Below, piece by piece: positions 9,973 through 16,953 of a DNA stretch of 42,550 bases. How positions within the stretch are numbered: position 1 is the stretch's first letter; every line of letters starts with the position of its first letter. The stretch comes from an uncultured Pseudomonadota bacterium (GTDB taxonomy: Bacteria > Pseudomonadota > Gammaproteobacteria > Methylococcales > Methylomonadaceae): assembly GCA_903953455.1 (NCBI GenBank), contig CAJBJW010000317.1, positions 1 to 42,550 on the forward strand, given 5' to 3'. A model generated the notes under the pieces. It had not been told where the DNA came from, ran no database searches, and worked only from the letters and a program-made list of their open reading frames with translations. The position numbers and the translations under genes are program-made.

Positions 9973-12420
9973 ATGCAAGAAATTTATCAACCGCAAGACA
10001 TCGAAAAAAACGTTCAACAAGCCTGGGAAAACACAAAAGTTTTCAACGTGACTGAAAAAGCAGGACAAGAAAAATATTATTGTTTATCGATGTTTCCCTA
10101 CCCAAGTGGCAAACTGCACATGGGGCACGTTCGCAACTATACCATTGGTGATGTGATTTCACGTTATCAACGTATGCTTGGCAAAAACGTGTTGCAGCCA
10201 ATGGGATGGGATGCGTTTGGTTTACCTGCCGAAAATGCGGCTATGCAACACAACGTTCATCCTGCTGATTGGACATATAGCAATATTGACTATATGCGTG
10301 ACCAATTAAAGCGTTTAGGTTTTGCGTATGATTGGGATCGTGAACTGGCTACGTGTGACCCTGATTATTACAAATGGGAACAATGGTTCTTTTTGAAATT
10401 ACTCGAAAAAGGGTTAGTGTATAAAAAAACAGCACCTGTGAATTGGTGCCCAAATGACATGACCGTATTGGCTAATGAGCAGGTAATTGATGGTTGTTGC
10501 TGGCGTTGTGATACCAAAGTTGAACGTAAAGAAATTGCGCAATGGTTTTTAAAAATTACGGCTTACGGTGATGAACTCTTGCAATCACTTGAAACACTCG
10601 ATGGGTGGCCAGAGCAAGTCAAAACCATGCAAGCCAACTGGATTGGACGCTCTGAAGGCGTTGAAATGGATTTTGCTGTACCAAATGAAAGTCCAGTGCG
10701 TATTTATACTACTCGCCCCGATACGCTCATGGGTGTCACCTATTTAGCCGTTGCCGCAGAGCATCCACTCGCGTTAAAAGCGGCTGAAAACAACGCCGCT
10801 ATTCGCGCGTTCATTGACGACTGCAAAACCATGGAAACCTCTGAAGCAGCGATGGAAACCATGGAAAAACGCGGTATCAATTCCGGTATCACCGCACTGC
10901 ATCCAATTACTGGTGAATCGGTGCCGGTTTGGATTGCAAATTTCGTTTTGATGAGTTACGGCACGGGCGCTGTTATGTCAGTTCCTGCGCACGATCAACG
11001 CGACTTTGAATTTGCGAAAAAATACGGTATTGCGATTAAACAAGTCATTTTTACTAAAGATAGCATCGATGACGATTGCAACGATAAAGCCTTTACACAA
11101 AAAGGCATATTAAAAAATTCAGGGAATTTTGATGATTTAAGCTCACAAGAAGCTTTCACAAAAATTGCCGAAACACTCGAAGCACAAAACAAAGGCACCC
11201 GCAAAGTCAATTTCCGTTTACGTGACTGGGGCGTATCGCGTCAACGCTACTGGGGTGCACCTATTCCCGTTATTTACTGTGATGATTGTGGCACGGTGCC
11301 TGTTCCTGAAAGCGATTTGCCCGTGCAACTGCCCCGCGACGTTGTGCTGGATGGATCACAGTCCCCTCTCGTTGCACACCCCACATTCTCGCACGTTGAT
11401 TGCCCCAAATGCGGCAAAGCAGCAAAACGCGAAACGGATACGTTTGACACATTCATGGAATCATCATGGTATTTCGCACGTTTTGCGAGTAATAAAGCGA
11501 ATTCCATGCTGGATGAAAGTGCTAAATATTGGCTGCCTGTCGATTATTATATCGGTGGTATTGAACACGCCATTTTGCATTTACTATACGCGCGCTTTTA
11601 CACCAAATTATTGCGTGATGAAGGCCTTGTAGCTTGTGATGAACCATTTAAAAAATTACTCACACAAGGCATGGTTCTCATGGATGGCAGTAAAATGTCA
11701 AAATCCAAAGGTAATACCGTTGATCCTCAGGCATTAATTGAAAAATACGGTGCAGATACCGTGCGTTTATTTATTATGTTTGCTGCGCCACCTGAGCAAT
11801 CACTTGAATGGTCTGCAGATGGTGTAGAAGGGGCATCACGCTTTTTGAAACGCTTATGGCGTCAAGTGTTTTTGCATACGCAACAAGTTCAAGGAACGCG
11901 TTTTAAAATTCAGGGTGAATTGTCAAAAGAACAACAATCTGTCCGTCGTTTTCTCCATCAAACGATTCAAAAAGTCACTCATGATATGGGTGTCAGAACG
12001 ATTTTTAACACTGCAATTGCCGCAAATATGGAATTGCTCAATACATTAGCAAAATTTACCGACGAATCCAATAACAGTAAAGCTATTCGACATGAAATTT
12101 TAGAAGCTATTGCTATTATGCTTTCACCTATCGTGCCGCATATTTGTGACCAACTCTGGCGCGACTTAGGACATGATAACGCGATTGTTTCTGAATCTTG
12201 GTTAAGTATAGATGAAAGTGCATTAGTACAAGATTCGCTAGAGCTGATGGTGCAAGTAAATGGCAAATTACGTGGAAAAATTACTGTCACAGCCAGTGCA
12301 ACCAATGCAGAAATTGAAACAATTGCATTGAGTGATACTGCAATTTTAAAATTTATTGACGGTCAAACTGTCAAAAAAGTCATTATCGTAGCAGGCAAAT
12401 TAGTGAACATTGTTGTATAA
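9973..12420 (+). CDS. leuS: Leucine--tRNA ligase
   Basis: 815 aa with the class I HIGH-type motif ([13 protein letters not shown]) and KMSKS ([10 protein letters not shown]), plus a CP1 editing domain. Confidence 0.97.
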   Translation: MQEIYQPQDIEKNVQQAWENTKVFNVTEKAGQEKYYCLSMFPYPSGKLHMGHVRNYTIGDVISRYQRMLGKNVLQPMGWDAFGLPAENAAMQHNVHPADWTYSNIDYMRDQLKRLGFAYDWDRELATCDPDYYKWEQWFFLKLLEKGLVYKKTAPVNWCPNDMTVLANEQVIDGCCWRCDTKVERKEIAQWFLKITAYGDELLQSLETLDGWPEQVKTMQANWIGRSEGVEMDFAVPNESPVRIYTTRPDTLMGVTYLAVAAEHPLALKAAENNAAIRAFIDDCKTMETSEAAMETMEKRGINSGITALHPITGESVPVWIANFVLMSYGTGAVMSVPAHDQRDFEFAKKYGIAIKQVIFTKDSIDDDCNDKAFTQKGILKNSGNFDDLSSQEAFTKIAETLEAQNKGTRKVNFRLRDWGVSRQRYWGAPIPVIYCDDCGTVPVPESDLPVQLPRDVVLDGSQSPLVAHPTFSHVDCPKCGKAAKRETDTFDTFMESSWYFARFASNKANSMLDESAKYWLPVDYYIGGIEHAILHLLYARFYTKLLRDEGLVACDEPFKKLLTQGMVLMDGSKMSKSKGNTVDPQALIEKYGADTVRLFIMFAAPPEQSLEWSADGVEGASRFLKRLWRQVFLHTQQVQGTRFKIQGELSKEQQSVRRFLHQTIQKVTHDMGVRTIFNTAIAANMELLNTLAKFTDESNNSKAIRHEILEAIAIMLSPIVPHICDQLWRDLGHDNAIVSESWLSIDESALVQDSLELMVQVNGKLRGKITVTASATNAEIETIALSDTAILKFIDGQTVKKVIIVAGKLVNIVV

Positions 12421-12444
12421 AAAGTCACCGCAATAACACAAAAT

Positions 12445-12483
12445 AAAAAACCGCTTTATATACATTTACGAGGCGGTTTTTTT
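12445..12483 (+). terminator. Putative rho-independent terminator after leuS
   Basis: AAAAAACCGC...GCGGTTTTTTT. The stem has a GC core with A/T extension and G-U wobbles, the loop is fairly large, and a T-run follows. Confidence 0.5.
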
Positions 12484-12682
12484 GCATAATTTACATGGAT
12501 ATCAATCCAAGTATATTAATCATTTTTCAAGTAATTACTCAATAAGGGAATCTTATCCTATACAGAACGACAGCAAGTATGATAGATTTCACTCAGACAT
12601 GCAGTGACCTAAATTTACTTAAGCACTAAGTATTTACGTATTGCATGCCCATAAAAAAACTATAACAAGGGCTAAAATCGAT

Positions 12683-13186
12683 ATGAACTTAATAAAAAAA
12701 ACAACAATTGCAGTTTCTCTGATACTTTCTTTAGGGCTATTTTCTTCAACTGCTTCGGCACTTTGTCTAGGCATGGCGTGTATGTATAATCGCATGACGC
12801 CAATTGAAGGCATTGACGCAACAACCAATCAAATAAAAATCACCATGAAAATCATTCAAGCGAGACATGATGGAAATAATTTGGAAAATGATGAACTTAT
12901 CGTTAGCAATATCAAAGAAGCTCTAAAATTAAGTAAAGAAATTAACGCTAATGATAAACTTGACCGTAATCGTAATCGCGCAAATGATTCACTTAAAAGA
13001 GCAAGAACTGCTGTACAAGAAGGAAATTTAACACTTGCTACCGAACTTTTGAATGAAGCTGAAAAACGCTTTTCTGACCTTAAAAGCATGATTGATTTAA
13101 CCCAAGCTGACAGGGTATCTCAACAAACGAATTTACTCAACCGTATTTTAGATACACCAGACACTGCTGCTGGGGCGCGAAAATAA
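12683..13186 (+). CDS. Hypothetical secreted alpha-helical protein (orphan)
   Basis: The ORF track begins at a TTG (12641). I prefer ATG 12683, preceded by AAGGG. It has signal peptide MNLIKKTTIAVSLILSLGLFSSTASA followed by LCLGMAC. The remainder is charged and helical (NIKEALKLSKE..., LLNEAEKRFSDLK). I recognise no family. Confidence 0.6.
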   Translation: MNLIKKTTIAVSLILSLGLFSSTASALCLGMACMYNRMTPIEGIDATTNQIKITMKIIQARHDGNNLENDELIVSNIKEALKLSKEINANDKLDRNRNRANDSLKRARTAVQEGNLTLATELLNEAEKRFSDLKSMIDLTQADRVSQQTNLLNRILDTPDTAAGARK

Positions 13187-13223
13187 AGCCGTATTTTTAT
13201 TAGGGCGTTTAAATTCTAAAAAC

Positions 13224-13262
13224 AAAAAAAACAGCGACTTTATATAAAGTCGCTGTTTTTTC
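13224..13262. terminator. Bidirectional rho-independent terminator between convergent genes
   Basis: A perfect 12-bp inverted repeat, ACAGCGACTTTA (13231-13242) / TAAAGTCGCTGT (13245-13256), is flanked by an A-run on the left and a T-run on the right. Confidence 0.85.
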
Positions 13263-13287
13263 TTTTAAACATCATGATGCAACGTTG

Positions 13288-13803
13288 TTATTTATTTGCG
13301 TCAAGTGCTTCTTTTTTTACATTACTGTCGGGTGTCAGATGGAGTTCACCTGTTTTAAGATCAACACTTGCTGTGTTATCCACACCACCACCTTTAGAGG
13401 CGTTAGCCAATTTCTTCGCTAAAAGTGTATTCGTAGCCGCTTGACGAACTCCCATGGTTGCCATCATTTTCCCCGATAACCAGGGATTATCCATTGTAAA
13501 CCTCTCAAGCTCACTTGGGGAACGAATAACCACTAATCGACTATCAACAACTGCTTTTGCATTATCAGTGCGCGGTTTCTCAACATACAATTCAATTTCA
13601 CCGAAAAATTCATATTGCTCAATCACAGCAATTTCAATTTCTTTCGTTTCGCCTTGTGTGTAAATTTTCACTGATCCATCAAGAACAAGGAACATGCGTC
13701 GATCATCTGCACCTTTTTTAAAAATCACCTCATCCGTGGCCACTTCAATAATTGGAAGCTTTGTTTTTAATACATTTTTTTCTGGTCTAGTAAACAATTC
13801 CAT
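13288..13803 (-). CDS. Stand-alone cyclic nucleotide-binding domain protein with a Gly/polar C-terminal tail
   Basis: 171 aa with CNB beta-barrel hallmarks: VIFKKGADDRRMFLVLDGSVKIY and FFGEIELYVEKPRTDNAKAV. It has no HTH, TM or enzymatic domain and is a paralog of the upstream ORF. Confidence 0.8.
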   Translation of the reverse strand: MELFTRPEKNVLKTKLPIIEVATDEVIFKKGADDRRMFLVLDGSVKIYTQGETKEIEIAVIEQYEFFGEIELYVEKPRTDNAKAVVDSRLVVIRSPSELERFTMDNPWLSGKMMATMGVRQAATNTLLAKKLANASKGGGVDNTASVDLKTGELHLTPDSNVKKEALDANK

Positions 13804-13814
13804 AATTCAGAGCC

Positions 13815-14159
13815 TTATAACAAAGCAGTAGTGGTAGCAAGACGCTCACCCATAATTCGCATCATTTTTCCAGAAAATGCAGGATATTCAGCAAAAAATT
13901 GCTCAAGTTGCATACGATTTTTAATACATACTAAACGCGTATCACTCAATGTTCTTGCAGAAAAACCACGCGGTGAATTACCATACATTTCAATTTCACC
14001 AAAAAAATCATTTCTATTCACAACAGACAGTTCAACTTCTTTTTTATTGTTGACAACGTAAAGTTGCACACTGCCCTCAACGACGATATACATCATTACA
14101 CCATAACTTCCCTCTTCAAAAATTATGGTGCCTGATTTGAATTTTCTAACAGGTAGCAT
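13815..14159 (-). CDS. Minimal stand-alone cyclic nucleotide-binding domain protein
   Basis: 114 aa with FKSGTIIFEEGSYGVMMYIVVEGSVQLY and FFGEIEMYGNSPRGFSARTL. An AGGA Shine-Dalgarno (SD) motif lies about 7 nt upstream of the ATG. Confidence 0.8.
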   Translation of the reverse strand: MLPVRKFKSGTIIFEEGSYGVMMYIVVEGSVQLYVVNNKKEVELSVVNRNDFFGEIEMYGNSPRGFSARTLSDTRLVCIKNRMQLEQFFAEYPAFSGKMMRIMGERLATTTALL

Positions 14160-14203
14160 GATACATTCCTAAAATTTTAATTTTTATTTTCTAATTCTAC
14201 TCG

Positions 14204-14231
14204 ATTTTACATTTTTTTTAAAAAAAACCAA
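14204..14231 (-). promoter_or_regulatory. Candidate sigma70-type promoter for the CNB gene pair
   Basis: Read on the minus strand: TTGGTT (14231..14226), a 16-nt spacer containing a T8A8 tract, then TAAAAT (14209..14204). The -10 element lies about 45 nt upstream of the ATG at 14159. This rests on a pattern match only. Confidence 0.3.
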
Positions 14232-14251
14232 CGAATTAACAATGATGGCAT

Positions 14252-15436
14252 TTACAAATGTTGTTTGTAAATAGGCTTATTTACATAAAAATGATATAAA
14301 GTTAACGCTAAAACCGCTACAAAAAATACAATACCCAAACTCAACATTGCAGCGATTGGACTAAGCGACTGCGCCACTGCATAACTGTAAATGCTTAGAG
14401 CCAATAACATAGCAACATTTTGAAAAAATCCCTGTATTGCAACTGCATGCCCTGTACCGATATTATTCACACCAATATTTTGCAATGCTGCATTGATAGG
14501 GACGATAAACACACCGCCCATGATGCCCGTTAGCAATAAAATTAACTGTGCATATAGCATCACATCTGTAAAACTTAGGCTAATAATCGATAAGGCCATT
14601 CCATATGCCGCAAAACCAACACGTGATAAACTTTTGAGTGAAATTAGTTTTGAAACCACACTTGAGCCAATAATAATACCTATCGCAAGAAATAACGTTA
14701 ATTGTGCAATATCTGACGCCGTATTAAGTTTAAGCACAACTGGTGCCCATCCGACTAATATTACTCGTAGGGTAGCCGCTACTGCCCAAAATAATGCACC
14801 ACTCAAAATAACAAAACAGGCTAAAGGTTGCATAAAAAAATGCATTATTTGCCTAAAAAATTCAATCAATGAAGGACGAACATCCGTTAAATAATCGCAT
14901 CGATATTTAGGCAAATAGCACGCAATCAAAGCTGAGAATAGGAACAAACTCACTGCGCCACCGAGCGCTATAGTCGTAGACGCGTCCGCCACCTTTGCAC
15001 CAATTATCATTCCAAGCAAAATAGCTAAAATGGTCGATCCTTCAATCCAACTATTCGCTTTAACCAAATTATCAGACTCAACTAATTCAGGTAAAATGCC
15101 ATATTTAGCGGGGCTATAAATCGCCGCCCCCACACCCACAATGCCATAGGCCAATAGTGGTTCAACTTCACATAGTAATAATACACCACCAAAAGCTTTA
15201 ACGAAATTAGCTAACAATAATACCTGTGATTTCGCAAATCTATCCGCAAGATAACCGCTCCAAGGAGCTAACACAACAAACGCAATTAAAAAGGCACTTT
15301 GCAATGCTGGAACATACCATTGAGGATTATCCGGTGAATGTATAACAATGGTAATAATAGTAAATAGAACTGCGTTATCGGCAAAAGCAGATAAAAATTG
15401 AGCCATCAGTAAGGCAAAAAACGATTTAGTCATCAC
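14252..15436 (-). CDS. lplT: Lysophospholipid transporter (MFS)
   Basis: 394 aa with about 12 TM segments. AQFLSAFADNAVLF, GAAIYSPAKYGILPEL and VKANSWIEGSTI closely mirror E. coli LplT motifs (AQFLSAFGDNALLF, GAAAYSPAKYGILGEL). Confidence 0.88.
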   Translation of the reverse strand: MMTKSFFALLMAQFLSAFADNAVLFTIITIVIHSPDNPQWYVPALQSAFLIAFVVLAPWSGYLADRFAKSQVLLLANFVKAFGGVLLLCEVEPLLAYGIVGVGAAIYSPAKYGILPELVESDNLVKANSWIEGSTILAILLGMIIGAKVADASTTIALGGAVSLFLFSALIACYLPKYRCDYLTDVRPSLIEFFRQIMHFFMQPLACFVILSGALFWAVAATLRVILVGWAPVVLKLNTASDIAQLTLFLAIGIIIGSSVVSKLISLKSLSRVGFAAYGMALSIISLSFTDVMLYAQLILLLTGIMGGVFIVPINAALQNIGVNNIGTGHAVAIQGFFQNVAMLLALSIYSYAVAQSLSPIAAMLSLGIVFFVAVLALTLYHFYVNKPIYKQHL

Positions 15437-16200
15437 GTAGGAAGAAAATCAGTCACTGCTTTTATGAAAGCGTCAGGTTGTTGAACGTGAACCCAGTGCT
15501 CTGCATTGGCAACTGTTTGATGTTTCGCTCTCGGAAACAAAGCCTGTGTGCTATTTCGTGGAATATAGTTCGATTTCTCGCCTGAAATAAAAAGCGTATT
15601 GCCATAGAAGGGAGGCATATTATCAGTACTTGGGAAGGCAATGATATTATCGCCATTACGCTCAAAAATATCTAAATTAATACGCCACGTATAACTTCCA
15701 TTTATCAATAATAAATTTTGCAATAAAAATTGCCGGTAATTTAATTCAGGAATAGACTCCGCTAGTTGCAATTCAGCTTGTTTGCGATTCGTGAGGGACG
15801 ATAAGGGTAAACTTTTTAGCGAATTGATAAGAGGGGCGAAGCTGTGTGTATAGCTAATAGGCGCAATATCGACAACGATTAAATTATCAATATATTCTGG
15901 ATAATTAAGTGCTAGCCACATGGCAGTTTTACCACCCATGCTATGACCAATCATATTCACTTCAGCTAACGCTTGCTGATCAATAAAACGCATTACGTCT
16001 CCAGCCATAACGTTGTAATCCATAAGGCCATGATGCGCAGATGCGCCATGATTTCGGGCATCTAACGCATAAACACAGTAATCCTTACTTAATTTTTCAG
16101 CGCACGCACGCCAGTTTCTAACCGAAGCAAAAAAACCATGCAAAATAATAATCGGTCTTTTATGCGTTTCGCCAAATACCTCAAATGCTAAGTCCATCAT
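15433..16200 (-). CDS. ybfF: Alpha/beta-hydrolase, YbfF-like esterase
   Basis: 255 aa with the nucleophile elbow GHSMGG, HGFFASVRNW near the N-terminus and C-terminal AEHWVHVQQPDAF. It is collinear with E. coli YbfF. Its stop overlaps the lplT start by 4 nt. Confidence 0.8.
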   Translation of the reverse strand: MMDLAFEVFGETHKRPIIILHGFFASVRNWRACAEKLSKDYCVYALDARNHGASAHHGLMDYNVMAGDVMRFIDQQALAEVNMIGHSMGGKTAMWLALNYPEYIDNLIVVDIAPISYTHSFAPLINSLKSLPLSSLTNRKQAELQLAESIPELNYRQFLLQNLLLINGSYTWRINLDIFERNGDNIIAFPSTDNMPPFYGNTLFISGEKSNYIPRNSTQALFPRAKHQTVANAEHWVHVQQPDAFIKAVTDFLPT

Positions 16201-16209
16201 TCACACTTT

Positions 16210-16953
16210 TTATAGCATTAAACCGAAAATACCGCCCAGCAAACCACCAAAAACACCCCCCCACACGACAAGCCAACCTAAATGTTCTTGCATAATCGCT
16301 TGCACCATTTCTTTCACTAATTGAGGTGTCAATTCGTTTAAGCGTTTATCAATAACGGTTTCGATTTTATCAACTAAATCTGCACTAATTTTTTGTGCAT
16401 TTAAACCGTGTTGCAGTGCCGTTTTAAATTCGCTTGAATCAACCATTTCAATTAGCGTGACTTTTACTTTTTCAACAAAAGGCTCTTTGAGTGGCGTCAA
16501 TGCTTCAACACCGCCCATCATCATTAGCATTCCGCCAAATGAAGACTCCAAGATCACCATCACCAAACTATCATAAATTTTATCGTAATCAACGACTGCA
16601 AGTAGCGGTTCTAAATTTAAAACTTTTTGACCGCCTTGCTCTTCGTCTTCGATAAATTGTTCAATATTTTCCGCAGTGAAAAATTGTGACATCATGAGTG
16701 TTTTAATGGCACTTTTAAATTCTTCAAAACGCTCAGGAATAACACCCGAACCTCGCAAATAAGGCACTTTTTCAAATAGCATGTGAATAGCAAGCCAATT
16801 AGTAATCGCTCCCGAAAGTGCAAAAAAACCAATCGAACTAATCAAACTCGACGAACTCACAAAACCAATAAGAATGACGCATAACGCGACCGCATTGGTT
16901 GAATAATTTTTATCGTAAATAAGCGTATTAATTTGTTCTTTATACTTCATCAT
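16210..16953 (-). CDS. DUF445 family membrane protein
   Basis: 247 aa. The N-terminal TM is followed by SGAITNWLAIHMLFEKVP, and the C-terminal TM is GWLVVWGGVFGGLLGGIFG. This is the DUF445 (YheB/YjiN-like) pattern. It overlaps the upstream gene by 14 nt. Confidence 0.7.
   Translation of the reverse strand: MMKYKEQINTLIYDKNYSTNAVALCVILIGFVSSSSLISSIGFFALSGAITNWLAIHMLFEKVPYLRGSGVIPERFEEFKSAIKTLMMSQFFTAENIEQFIEDEEQGGQKVLNLEPLLAVVDYDKIYDSLVMVILESSFGGMLMMMGGVEALTPLKEPFVEKVKVTLIEMVDSSEFKTALQHGLNAQKISADLVDKIETVIDKRLNELTPQLVKEMVQAIMQEHLGWLVVWGGVFGGLLGGIFGLML

Noticed and set aside
11165-11632. 155-aa plus-strand ORF
   Set aside because: It is an alternative frame inside leuS, and its Cys/His-rich odd composition is consistent with out-of-frame translation.
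12641-12682. TTG-initiated N-terminal extension of the secreted orphan. Similar TTG extensions occur at 36761 for ihfB and 20533 for the PAP2 gene.
   Set aside because: Internal ATG or GTG starts give canonical N-termini: a signal peptide, the IHF N-terminus and the first TM respectively. They also have better SD spacing. The ihfB extension would begin inside the rpsA terminator.
13804-13814. The two CNB ORFs as one two-domain gene interrupted by a point nonsense mutation
   Set aside because: The downstream ORF is in a different reading frame from the upstream one and has its own SD-like AAGG. A single stop-codon mutation therefore cannot explain the split. A frameshift origin cannot be fully excluded.
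13288-14159. The CNB proteins as effectors of a Pycsar/CBASS-like anti-phage system
   Set aside because: No nucleotidyl cyclase gene is adjacent, and the CNB proteins lack the TM, TIR or other killing module those effectors carry. There is no mobile-element context.
14493-14894. 133-aa plus-strand ORF
   Set aside because: It is antisense to lplT and is a shadow of a hydrophobic membrane-protein gene.
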